Assembly (NCBI GenBank): GCA_043732185.1
Contig: JAYTHY010000046.1
Location: 1 to 64,000 of the forward strand
DNA: 64,000 nt
Direction: 5' to 3'
DNA from: Fibrobacteria bacterium
Lineage (GTDB): Bacteria > Fibrobacterota > Fibrobacteria > UBA11236
The notes beneath the pieces are model-generated. The model was not told where the DNA came from. It saw only the letters and a list, made by a program, of their open reading frames with translations, and made no database searches. A program made the position numbers and the translations under genes. Below are positions 1-9,216 of this stretch, in pieces. Position 1 is the stretch's first letter. Every line of letters starts with the position of its first letter.

Positions 1-535
1 CAATCTGGGCAGCCAATATGCAAACAGGCTTAGGCTAACGCCATGCTTTTGGCGGAAGGCAACCCGGGAAAGGTTACTCGCGTGATACTGGTCTAATAGG
101 TTCTGGGCTTGGGCGGTATTGAGTGGTTGTCTCGGCATTTCTTCCTCGGGTTAAACCCTGGAAGACTAGCCTATCTTTATTCCATTGCGAAGGGGGCGGC
201 CGAGAACGGATACGGTGTTTCGGAGGGTTTGATTCCATATGCGGTTGAGAGCATTGTTAAATATTTGGCCATCGCTCAACTGCAACATATATTCAGGACA
301 TGCAAGCATGCACAGCGTCCCTTTTAAGTGACCTTTCCCCTGGTTTCAAACCTGTAGGCCATTCCTAAAGTAAAATCGGTCAGGGCCGTCTCCATGTTTG
401 GGAAGAGTTTCAACTATATCGTAATTAATAACAATGGGCGTGAAGTCAAGGAGGCGAAACAAAATGAATCCCTGAAGAATACGCGTCCATTGGAACGTCT
501 ACTTTAAAGAACAAGTACACATAAAAGGAGATTTT

Positions 536-1309
536 ATGCTTATAAAAGCCAAGACACTGAATGGTTATAAATTGAATGCCAAAGATGGGGAAATCGGAGC
601 CATCAAGGATTTCTACTTCGATGATCGGTACTGGACGATTCGCTATCTAGTCGCACATACCGGTAGTTGGCTTGAGGGCCAACAGGTACTGATTTCACCT
701 TATTCATTTGGGGCCGTGCAAAAGGCGGAGGAACTTCTTGAAATCGATTTAACCAAAAAGCAAATCGAGAATTGCCCGTCCTGGGATAGCGACAAGCCCG
801 TTTCCCGTCAGTACGAAGAACGTTTCTACGGCTATTATGATTGGCCGATTTATTGGGGTGGCCCGTTCATGTGGGGTAGTTATTCATACATATCGCGTGA
901 TCGGGATGAGTGGAAGAGGGTAACTCATCATGAGAAAATGTGGGACCCCAATTTGCGTAGCACCCTTGATGTGGTCGGACATCACATCCAGGCAGTGGAC
1001 GGCGAAATCGGACACGTCGTAGACTTCATCATCGATGATGCGACATGGGCGATTCGCTACCTCATCGTCGATACGCACAACTGGCTGCCTGGAAAAATGG
1101 TATTGATTTCCCCCAGTTGGATCAAGAGCATCAGTTGGTTGGATTCGAAGGTCTTCGTCAATCATACCCGGGAGGCCGTGAAGCTGTCTCCGGAATATAC
1201 GGACGAATCCTTGTTGAGCCGGGAGTATGAGTCCGAACTTCATAATCATTACCAAAGTCAAGGATACTGGGTCGATGAAGAAACCGTCCACGACGATTCT
1301 TTGAAGTAG
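536..1309 (+). CDS. Tandem PRC-barrel domain protein
   Basis: Two internal repeats (DGEIG.I/V.DF..DD..W.IRYL.V/A.T..WL.G..VLISP); AGGAG SD upstream. Confidence 0.9.
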   Translation: MLIKAKTLNGYKLNAKDGEIGAIKDFYFDDRYWTIRYLVAHTGSWLEGQQVLISPYSFGAVQKAEELLEIDLTKKQIENCPSWDSDKPVSRQYEERFYGYYDWPIYWGGPFMWGSYSYISRDRDEWKRVTHHEKMWDPNLRSTLDVVGHHIQAVDGEIGHVVDFIIDDATWAIRYLIVDTHNWLPGKMVLISPSWIKSISWLDSKVFVNHTREAVKLSPEYTDESLLSREYESELHNHYQSQGYWVDEETVHDDSLK

Positions 1310-1334
1310 AAGGGAACGAGGAAGGAATAATTTT

Positions 1335-1997
1335 ATGAAAGAACACATTGCACATTCCGGAACATGGGGAATCGCCCTTATAGTAATCGTGGTAGTCTCA
1401 TGGTTTCTGTACCGCTATCTTGCCCCCAAGACTTGGAAGGAATGGGCGAGTGCCGGTGTAATCCAGGCATTTATCATTGCTCTCTATGCGGAAATGTATG
1501 GATTTCCCCTCACAATCTACCTGCTCGTTCGGTTCTTCGACCTAGATAAGTCAAACCTTAACGCCAACCTCTGGTCCACGCTTCTGGGTTTTGGTGAGAC
1601 GGGAATGATGGTTTCAATGGTTCTAGGCTACGTGCTCCTCTTCGCCGGCATCGGGATTTTCATGGAGGGATGGCGCGAGCTTCACCGCGCCCGAAAGGAA
1701 AACCGGCTCATCACGGATCAACTCTTCGGTCTCGTGCGGCATCCCCAATATACGGGTCTTTTTATCGCGATTTTCGGCGAGGGAGTTGTTCATTGGCCCA
1801 CCCTGTTTTCTGTCGTGCTTTTTCCCGTCATCGTTCTCGCCTATTTCCTGTTGGCGCGAGGCGAGGAACGCAAAGTTGTGGAACAGTTCGGTGACGCATA
1901 TATCTCTTACCGGAAGCGGGTGCCGATGTTTTTCCCACACTGGGGGCAATGGCGTAGGCTGGCCACGACAAGAACCACCAATTCAAAGGATCCATAA
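1335..1997 (+). CDS. Isoprenylcysteine carboxylmethyltransferase-family membrane protein (type common in metal-resistance clusters)
   Basis: AFIIALYAEMYGFPLTIYLL, VRHPQYTG and EE.....FG..Y..Y..RVPMF motifs; several TM segments; SD upstream. Confidence 0.88.
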   Translation: MKEHIAHSGTWGIALIVIVVVSWFLYRYLAPKTWKEWASAGVIQAFIIALYAEMYGFPLTIYLLVRFFDLDKSNLNANLWSTLLGFGETGMMVSMVLGYVLLFAGIGIFMEGWRELHRARKENRLITDQLFGLVRHPQYTGLFIAIFGEGVVHWPTLFSVVLFPVIVLAYFLLARGEERKVVEQFGDAYISYRKRVPMFFPHWGQWRRLATTRTTNSKDP

Positions 1998-2200
1998 GCT
2001 CGATTCAAATGACGGGAATCTAAATTTCCCGTATGTTCGGGGCAAAATGGCCGTAAGATTCCTCATCCTGGGAGGTATACGGCGATACGTCCTTTTTGAT
2101 TTCTTGTAGCAAATTTAGTGCGCATCTAAAGTGCACCCATCTTCAACCGATATAGATAATACGCGGAATGGACCGTGCTATCTAAAACCAGAGGAAAAAA

Positions 2201-2389
2201 ATGCATATCAGCAATGTCACAAGTACCCCAACCCTTGAAGCAGCCAAAGACAAAAGCCCCATATCAAAAGTGGAGAATGGAGCGGTGCCTGCCAGCGAGC
2301 CCCAGGCCGATGGGCATACTTCTCATACCCATCAGAGTTCCATGCCGTCAATGCCGGGGATGGGCGAAATGGTTGATGAAATGGCCTAA
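2201..2389 (+). CDS. Small His/Met-rich protein with YjfB-like C-terminus
   Basis: GAGGA SD, followed by a terminator; M.IS.V start and G.G..VD..A end; HTSHTH and MPSMPGM segment. Confidence 0.55.
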   Translation: MHISNVTSTPTLEAAKDKSPISKVENGAVPASEPQADGHTSHTHQSSMPSMPGMGEMVDEMA

Positions 2390-2413
2390 ACTCCCGATTT
2401 TCGGGATTTGTAC

Positions 2414-2462
2414 GCCGGCCCCCCTGCCACTAAAGGTTGTCGGGAGCCGGCTTCATTTTTTT
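2414..2462 (+). terminator. Probable intrinsic terminator
   Basis: GCCGGC...GCCGGC stem followed by a T tract. Confidence 0.55.
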
Positions 2463-2543
2463 AATCCATAACACGTAACATTAATTCGCCCATATAAATG
2501 AATATGGCTTACCCTCCCTTCCATGACCTATACTTTAAGATAG

Positions 2544-3014
2544 ATGAAAATTGCTTCCATCAAAAACAACCCCCTGCTCGGCCCAATCCTGATGGTTTCA
2601 CTTTTCCTGACTTTGGAAAAGCAGATTTTATTTTGCTGCACCCTAAGCGAAAGCGTGGCGGAAAAGATTCAGGAGTATTTTGGGGGCGGTTCTTCCGTTT
2701 CGGAAAATCACCATGCCGAAGGCCATTCCAGTCCTACAGCCAAATATTACGTCCTACAGGATGAAACTGTTCTCCATATCGAGTCCGGCTCACATCCCGG
2801 TTTAGGCTTCCAATCTTCCGACTCTTGTTTATCCGAAAATGCTGATAACGAGATCATGATTCTTGGGCTTCACTTTGAGGTAGCTCTTCATAATGGCATT
2901 GATTTTCGGCTGCCTCATTTGCCTCAGCTGCTTTCCAAAGTACTCTACACCCCACGTCCTCAAAATAAGTCCAGCCCCCCGATCTTTCTGGCTACAATCC
3001 GCATCCAAGTCTAA
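2544..3014 (+). CDS. Cys/His-rich exported leader-like protein, copy 1
   Basis: N-terminal hydrophobic segment, CC, HHAEGH, SCLS and C-terminal PRPQNKSSPPIFL; paralog of 7385..7870. Confidence 0.75.
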   Translation: MKIASIKNNPLLGPILMVSLFLTLEKQILFCCTLSESVAEKIQEYFGGGSSVSENHHAEGHSSPTAKYYVLQDETVLHIESGSHPGLGFQSSDSCLSENADNEIMILGLHFEVALHNGIDFRLPHLPQLLSKVLYTPRPQNKSSPPIFLATIRIQV

Positions 3015-3257
3015 GATCCTCACCCCAAGGAATTTGATCCTTATTCAAGGATTGAATGTCCATGGAGGCTACCCACGTATTCCATTAGCCCCTCGATAGG
3101 GACTTTTCGGAATCATCCGGGAAAGAATCCCGGTTAATCCACGCTTTTTGAAAAATGGGACTCGTCCTTTCCTTACTTCACATGCCCTTTTTTGGGATGT
3201 GATTGGGCTTAGGAACGGATGTCCATTTGACAGATGCAATATAATCGGGAAGAATGA

Positions 3258-4061
3258 ATGTTCGAATCGGATGTAAACGGTCAAAAGCCAAACTCGCGGA
3301 TTGATATTCGCATGGCCTCTGTTTCCAGGGTAAAAAATGGCGAAAGCCCTGCGTCCGTGGCAAAATTTTTTGGAGTCCACCGTGTTTCCGTCTACCGCTG
3401 GCTCTCCAGCTTTGAAAAAACAGGCGTAGATGGATTGACCAGCAAACGGTCGCCAGGAAAAGAACCGCTGCTGCAGCCACCAATTTTCGATTGGATTTGC
3501 GAAGTCATCGCGCAGTCGAGGCCAGGAAAATTCGGATTTGAACAGGCTGTCTGGACTTTGGACCTGATTAGGGAATTGATTGGCAAGGAATTCGATTTGA
3601 AGCTTTCCAGACGCTCTGTTGGAAGGTTGCTCAAAAAGGTCGGGCTGGATATTAAACGTCCGTCAAATGGAATATTCAGATCCGCCTCGGATCGGATTCA
3701 GACCTGGATCCAAAAGGAGTTCAAGGAAATCAGGAATCTTGGCAGGCATGAAAAGGCCGAAATATTTTTTGTCGAACGTGTCCGATTAAATTCGCTTTAC
3801 GACGGTTCCAATGTGCGGGACGCATTTGTAGCCGTCACTTTGCGTGGCCATCTCTATTTTCAAGGTGAAGCGGCTCACAAGGGAACAGGTTCTTTGAGTG
3901 AATTTCTGAACGATCTTGACTCCACGCATTCGGGGCGAAAATGTATCATCCTCTTCGACCAATCCATCTTGTCGGAGGGCCCGGCTTTTATTCTTCCTTT
4001 TGGGAAAAAGAATAGGTGGATTTTCCGGGTTGCCTTTCCATTATTCAGGCAAATAAAATGA
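3258..4061 (+). CDS. IS630-derived winged-HTH protein with degenerate DDE domain
   Basis: VAKFFGVHRVSVYRWL, WTLDLIRELI, SVGRLLKKVGL match the IS630 N-terminus; the first catalytic D (xDE) reads VER and the YSPELNP.E motif is missing. Confidence 0.75.
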   Translation: MFESDVNGQKPNSRIDIRMASVSRVKNGESPASVAKFFGVHRVSVYRWLSSFEKTGVDGLTSKRSPGKEPLLQPPIFDWICEVIAQSRPGKFGFEQAVWTLDLIRELIGKEFDLKLSRRSVGRLLKKVGLDIKRPSNGIFRSASDRIQTWIQKEFKEIRNLGRHEKAEIFFVERVRLNSLYDGSNVRDAFVAVTLRGHLYFQGEAAHKGTGSLSEFLNDLDSTHSGRKCIILFDQSILSEGPAFILPFGKKNRWIFRVAFPLFRQIK

Positions 4062-4186
4062 ATTGAACTTCCTTAGGAGATGGTGGCATTTGTCCATGGT
4101 TTCACAACGAAGGATGGGTCTTTGAGAATAACTTCATTTTTTGCAATCCGAATTTGCCGTGATTATGGACTTGCCGTCCTTGGTGG

Positions 4187-4500
4187 AATGCAAAAGTCGT
4201 AATCCACTATTATTAATTACCCCGTATACTTGATATTCTTATATTTACCAGACCAGAAGGACTAATTGCGAGGGACTATCTTGAACTTGAAAAGTTATCG
4301 GTTGCTCCCTGCAATTTCCTTTCTCACCGCATCATTGCTCCTTATAGGTGAGTTTTTCAACTGCTGCCGCATCAATGAAGACCTCTCCAATGATGTCAGG
4401 CTATTCATTCAATCAATGGGCCTGATTCGACAGGCAAACCCAGTCGCCTCAACCTCGGAAGAGCAGGACAACCACTCCCATTTTCACGGGCAAGTCCAAT
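4187..4500 (+). repeat. Diverged direct repeat A (promoter plus 5' part of leader gene); partner at 7306..7620
   Basis: AATGCAAAAGTCGTAATCCA, ATATTCTTATATTT, AGACCAGAAGGA and GGTGAGTTTTTCAACTGCTGCCGCATCAA are shared by both copies. Confidence 0.9.
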
Positions 4501-4529
4501 CCTCTCAGCACATCGGAGCGGTTTCTTAG
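4266..4529 (+). pseudogene. Truncated Cys/His-rich leader-like protein, copy 2
   Basis: RLLPAIS.LT.SLLL.GEFFNCCRIN matches 7385..7870; stops after 87 aa with no PRPQNxSSPP tail; TTG start. Confidence 0.75.
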
Positions 4530-4628
4530 GCCCTGATCGACGGTTTATGTGCCGGAAACGAAAGAAAACATTGAAATGGCGGAAAGAAAATTCCTACCAT
4601 CGGCCTGTTTACAATTCGACAGCCAAAG

Positions 4629-5735
4629 ATGAGCGTTCCTTCGAACCCAACGCGAATGGAAAGCCCGCCGTGGCGAAGAATTTTGGCCTTACTGAGCCTG
4701 ACGCTGATCGGGTTTGTCGGTACCGCGCTACCCTTACGCCTGCTCGCCTCGTTTCGGCCGCCTGAACCCATCCCGCCCCCCTTCTCGATGAAGGCCGAGC
4801 ATCTCCGACAGTCGAAAACGCCGAGCGAGGTAGTGCTCCTAGGATCGAGCCGTGTGCATAATCAAATCGACCCGAGTCTGCTGGACAGCGTACTGGCGGC
4901 CAAAAAATTGCCCCTACATTCCTATAATCTCGGTTTTTCCGCCTTGACCTTGTTGGAAAGCACGCGCCTGCTTCAATCGCTTTACGATGAACCCGGCTTT
5001 CGGCCCAAGGTGGTGCTCATGGAAGCAACCCTGTCTGCCCGCGTCCCAATCTATACTCTCCGCTCGGCGCGAACCCTCCAATGGCATGACCCGCAGGGCT
5101 TTCGGGCCGCCCTGCGACTATTGCTTGGAGGGTCCCATGGACTTCTGGTCTGCCTGCGGTGGGGCTTTTTGCACACCACGGCATTTTTGGGCAACATCTT
5201 CAACTTCGGAACGGTCGCCAATAAGCTCTTCGCCCCCGCCGAATTGGCGAAGGAAAGATGGCTGACGATTGGGAAGGACGGCACGGGCTTCGTGCCCTTC
5301 AGGCGTGACCATCCCAACGAATTAGGCCAGCCGCCCGCCGAGGTGACCCCGGAACAAATCCAGCGGGCCGTTGCCACGCATCGTCGCTTGGCTGGGCAAG
5401 AAGGGTTGGTTCTTGGCGCTGCGGAACTGAATCTTTACAATCACGCGGATAGCCTGGTAAAAAGCCGCGGAGGCGAGTTGCTGCTCCTGGCGTTGCCCTC
5501 GATGGATCCGGAAATAATTGGCGAGTATTACCGCTTCGCGCATTCGGCCCAATCCGGAACGTTGCGGCCCCTTCTGCTTTTCTTCGCCCAACCTGATAGC
5601 CAGCCGGATCTGTTTCGGCGCGAAAACTTCCGTGACTTCGACCATCTCTACCAAGAGTCCGCAGGCGAGATGACCCGGTTGATCGGGGCGCGTCTCGCCG
5701 ATCAACTCGTGGCCGGCCGGACCCGGAGGCCGTGA
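4629..5735 (+). CDS. SGNH/DltD-like periplasmic protein (O-acylation partner)
   Basis: N-terminal TM, VVLLGSSR, YNLG and DxDHL motifs; directly upstream of an MBOAT gene. Confidence 0.75.
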   Translation: MSVPSNPTRMESPPWRRILALLSLTLIGFVGTALPLRLLASFRPPEPIPPPFSMKAEHLRQSKTPSEVVLLGSSRVHNQIDPSLLDSVLAAKKLPLHSYNLGFSALTLLESTRLLQSLYDEPGFRPKVVLMEATLSARVPIYTLRSARTLQWHDPQGFRAALRLLLGGSHGLLVCLRWGFLHTTAFLGNIFNFGTVANKLFAPAELAKERWLTIGKDGTGFVPFRRDHPNELGQPPAEVTPEQIQRAVATHRRLAGQEGLVLGAAELNLYNHADSLVKSRGGELLLLALPSMDPEIIGEYYRFAHSAQSGTLRPLLLFFAQPDSQPDLFRRENFRDFDHLYQESAGEMTRLIGARLADQLVAGRTRRP

Positions 5736-5741
5736 CACCCC

Positions 5742-7148
5742 ATGCTGTTCGTTGAGGCGCGTTTCTTCGTTTTTTTCATCTTGGTTTTTGGAATTTATTG
5801 GGCGCTACCGCGCACTTCACAAAAAAAGATATTCCTCCTTGTGGCCAGCGCGACCTTCTATGCGGCTTGGAACTGGCGTTTTCTCGGTCTGATGGCCGTG
5901 CACATCATTGCGGACTTCAATATTTCCCGCGGCATCGAACAGTCCCCGTCGCAGCAGACCAGAAAACGCCTGGTGATCCTAAGCATTTGCCTCAACCTCG
6001 GTATTCTGGGTTTCTTCAAGTACTATAATTTCTTCATCCTTTCCCTCCATGGCCTGCTTGAAAATCTCGGCTTGCCAGCATCGTTGTCGACGCTGTCGAT
6101 CATCCTTCCAGTCGGTATCAGTTTCTTTACTTTTGAATCGCTCAGCTATACGGTGGATGTGTACAGGGGCACCCGCAAAGCCGTCCCCCGAATGCTGGAT
6201 CTGGCGCTGTTCATCAGCTTTTTCCCTCATTTGGTGGCGGGCCCAATCGTGCGCGCAAACGACCTTTTGCCCCAGCTCGAGCGAGGCCCCCGGCCGTTCG
6301 CAGCCATCAATTTCCGACGGTGCCTCATCTTGTTCCTTGTGGGTTTCGTAAAAAAGGCCTGCATTTCGGATAACCTCGCGCCGGTGGTCGACGCCTATTT
6401 CGCCACCCCGGGAACCTTCAAGGTCGTTGCGGCGTGGATAGCCGTTACGTTCTACGCCATCCAGATCTATTGCGACTTCTCCGGTTACACCGACATGGCG
6501 CGGGCCTTGTCCGAGATGCTTGGATTTTCCTTGGCGGAAAACTTTCGCTCGCCTTATCTTTCAGCCAGCATCACCGATTTTTGGCGTCGCTGGCACATGA
6601 GCCTGTCTTCGTGGCTCCGCGACTACCTGTACATTTCGCTCGGCGGGAACCGGCGGGGAACGCTGCGGACCTACCGCAACATCCTTGTCACCATGGTGCT
6701 CGGAGGGTTGTGGCATGGGGCTTCGTGGACGTTTGTGGCTTGGGGCGCTCTCCATGGCATCGCCTTGTGCGGGCACCGCTTACTTTCCCCATTCCTCACT
6801 CGCCTCCTGGGCCCTCGAACTCGCGGTGTTCTAGGCCTTCCCCTCACCTTCATTTTTGTCTGCATCGCGTGGATTTTTTTCCGCGCTCCAGATTTTGAAA
6901 ACGCTCTGATGTGCCTACGCGCGTACGCCCTTTTCTCCAGCGCCGGGTCGGCCTCATTCCCGACCTGGTACTTTGCCGTCGCGCTGCTGCTCACCGTGGC
7001 ACACGTGGTTGCCCACAAAATCGACCTCACGACCCTCGGAACTCGCGCCCCGGCCCACCGGTTTGCCATTGCCTATGGCGCTTGCGTGGCGCTGGTGTTT
7101 CCCTTCATGCCATTGATTTATCATCCCTTCATTTATTTCCAGTTCTGA
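5742..7148 (+). CDS. MBOAT family O-acyltransferase (AlgI/DltB-like)
   Basis: LPVGISFFTF, FFPHLVAGPI, YCDFSGYTDMA, FWRRWHMSLS.WLRDYLY, GLWHGASW, C-terminal FIYFQF. Confidence 0.95.
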   Translation: MLFVEARFFVFFILVFGIYWALPRTSQKKIFLLVASATFYAAWNWRFLGLMAVHIIADFNISRGIEQSPSQQTRKRLVILSICLNLGILGFFKYYNFFILSLHGLLENLGLPASLSTLSIILPVGISFFTFESLSYTVDVYRGTRKAVPRMLDLALFISFFPHLVAGPIVRANDLLPQLERGPRPFAAINFRRCLILFLVGFVKKACISDNLAPVVDAYFATPGTFKVVAAWIAVTFYAIQIYCDFSGYTDMARALSEMLGFSLAENFRSPYLSASITDFWRRWHMSLSSWLRDYLYISLGGNRRGTLRTYRNILVTMVLGGLWHGASWTFVAWGALHGIALCGHRLLSPFLTRLLGPRTRGVLGLPLTFIFVCIAWIFFRAPDFENALMCLRAYALFSSAGSASFPTWYFAVALLLTVAHVVAHKIDLTTLGTRAPAHRFAIAYGACVALVFPFMPLIYHPFIYFQF

Positions 7149-7305
7149 AGCAATGGATGGGGCGCGAATCGGCGGTTTGAAGGCGTTTCGGTGGAGTCTT
7201 GATCGGTAATCTTGAGGTCAGATGCGACCTAAAGAAAACCAAATGTTGGAGATTGATGAATTCGATACAGTTTCTTCATAGTTGGAAATCCCGGATGCAT
7301 AGTGC

Positions 7306-7620
7306 AATGCAAAAGTCGTAATCCAGTATCATTAATTGTCCTCGCCGTCGAATATTCTTATATTTTCGAGACCAGAAGGATAAAATGCCAGGGACTATCT
7401 TAAAGTTGAAAAGACATCGGTTGCTTCCTGCAATCTCGGTTCTCACGGTTTCATTGCTTCTTACAGGTGAGTTTTTCAACTGCTGCCGCATCAACGTAGC
7501 CTTCGCGGTGGACGTCCGTCAGGTTATTCAAACTTTGGGTTTTATTACGCCGTTAAAGGCTGTGGCCTCGACTTCGGAAGACCCTGACCATCATTGCCAT
7601 GGTCATGAAGTCCATTCCAC
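7306..7620 (+). repeat. Diverged direct repeat B (promoter plus 5' part of leader gene); partner at 4187..4500
   Basis: Same conserved blocks as repeat A. Confidence 0.9.
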
Positions 7621-7870
7621 CTCTCAAATAGATGGTGATGCCATCCCAGGCCTTTCCATGTTCACGCAAGTTGGAAGTTGCATATCCGATCAGTCGATAG
7701 CCAAGAAATCCATGGTGGGAAGCGAATCCTTCACATTGGAAATACCCACGGCGGCTACTAGGTTTCTTGAAGAACCGCTCGTCGTTAAATCGTTCTCTAT
7801 CGACCATCCTCGCCCCCAAAACAGGTCCAGCCCCCCCATTTATCTCCTCACCCTTCGTATCCTCGTTTAA
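7385..7870 (+). CDS. Cys/His-rich exported leader-like protein, copy 3, upstream of the RND operon
   Basis: Signal/TM segment, CC, HHCHGHEVH, SCIS, C-terminal PRPQNRSSPPIYLL; AAGGA SD. Confidence 0.8.
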   Translation: MPGTILKLKRHRLLPAISVLTVSLLLTGEFFNCCRINVAFAVDVRQVIQTLGFITPLKAVASTSEDPDHHCHGHEVHSTSQIDGDAIPGLSMFTQVGSCISDQSIAKKSMVGSESFTLEIPTAATRFLEEPLVVKSFSIDHPRPQNRSSPPIYLLTLRILV

Positions 7871-8001
7871 ATCCCCGCTGGAAGCCGTATTTCCGGTTTC
7901 TCTATTGAGTCTTTGGCGTAAGGCTTAACCCTCCCGCCTTAGCTCATCACCGTACTCAACATATTGACTTTTTGGGTTTTGTAAACAAGGAGATCAGTGA
8001 A

Positions 8002-9216
8002 ATGATCATTTTCAGGAAATACGAAATCATCCTGGCATTACTGACAACCGGTCAAGTATTTCCGTCCGACCTAAGCCTCGATAGCCTCGTTCATTCGGCC
8101 CTTCGAAACAATCCTGAATTGGAAGCCGCGCGTCAGGAAGCTATCGTAGCGGCACAGGATACTTTGACGGCTCAAGTTTTGGCAAACCCCATCCTAAGCC
8201 TTGAGGCCTTGCACAATATGAATGATGGGTCAAAGCCGAAAGCCGGGGTGAGGCTCTCACAGGAATTCCGACCCGGGGTCCGAAGTAAGCGACTCGAAGT
8301 CGCCAAAGCGAATTGGTCAGCGACACTTGCTCGGCAAAAAGCCAGGGAATGGGATCTTACCACCGATATCCGCACGGCATATTTCTCTTGGCAGCTTCTC
8401 AATCAAAAACTCGCCATTCAAAAGGAAGTTAAAACGCGCTGGGAAGGCTTGGCCCGCCTGGCTACGGCCAAGGTAGCGGAAGGTCGGGTTTCCCAAGTTG
8501 AGGAAGCGCAGGCCCAATTGAACCAAGCTAAAGCCGGACAAAGGGAATTGGAATTCCAAACCGAATTGGATGCCATTGGAAAACGTCTCGACTTTATGAC
8601 AGGTAAATCCGGAATCGGAGATTCCATCGCTCTTGAAAAACTGGATTCTCTTCCCTCAGTTCCGTCCGTGGATTCCCTTAAAACCTGGATAAGTGCCGCC
8701 AACCCTGACTTGAAGACTTTGGATCTGGAAACTGCGGCTGTGGATAGGCAACTTGTTTTAGAAAAGAGCCTTCGGCGGCAATCGTTCAGTCTCACCTTGG
8801 GTTTTGATCGGGAATCCGACGGCAGCAATTTAATCGGAGGCGGTATTGAATTGCCATTGCCCCTGTTCAACCGCAATCAGGCCGGCATTGCCAAGTCCAA
8901 GGCTTCTCTCCGTGAGGCCGAGCTGCGCAGGTCAGCGGCCGGGAAAAAGATTGAAGCTGAAATCCAGGAAATCCAAGAGAGGCTTGTCAATCTATCGACC
9001 CGTCACCGGAATTATTCGGAACATATCCGTACTCTGAGTCAAAAGCAACTGAGCTTATCTGAAAAGGGATTTAAGCAAGGGTTACTTGGGATTTTCGACC
9101 TTTCACGTGTCCAAGAGGAGACTCTGGCACAAGACATGGAAGCACTCGATATCGTCGATCAGTTTTATCAACAATGGAACCGCCTGGGAAGGGTGGTCGG
9201 GGGAAAATTATGGTAA
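8002..9216 (+). CDS. TolC/CzcC-family outer membrane efflux protein
   Basis: NPEL.AAR, IELPLPLFNRNQ motifs; start moved to ATG 8002 behind AGGAG. Confidence 0.9.
   Translation: MIIFRKYEIILALLTTGQVFPSDLSLDSLVHSALRNNPELEAARQEAIVAAQDTLTAQVLANPILSLEALHNMNDGSKPKAGVRLSQEFRPGVRSKRLEVAKANWSATLARQKAREWDLTTDIRTAYFSWQLLNQKLAIQKEVKTRWEGLARLATAKVAEGRVSQVEEAQAQLNQAKAGQRELEFQTELDAIGKRLDFMTGKSGIGDSIALEKLDSLPSVPSVDSLKTWISAANPDLKTLDLETAAVDRQLVLEKSLRRQSFSLTLGFDRESDGSNLIGGGIELPLPLFNRNQAGIAKSKASLREAELRRSAAGKKIEAEIQEIQERLVNLSTRHRNYSEHIRTLSQKQLSLSEKGFKQGLLGIFDLSRVQEETLAQDMEALDIVDQFYQQWNRLGRVVGGKLW

Noticed and set aside
109..327. 72-aa ORF at the window start
   Set aside because: TTG start, no SD and no recognisable motif; unsupported.
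3227..3245. Perfect TTGACA and TATAAT as a sigma70 promoter
   Set aside because: The spacer is only 7 nt; at most the -10 is usable.
3258..4061. Active IS630 element
   Set aside because: Catalytic residues are missing and no terminal inverted repeats were seen.
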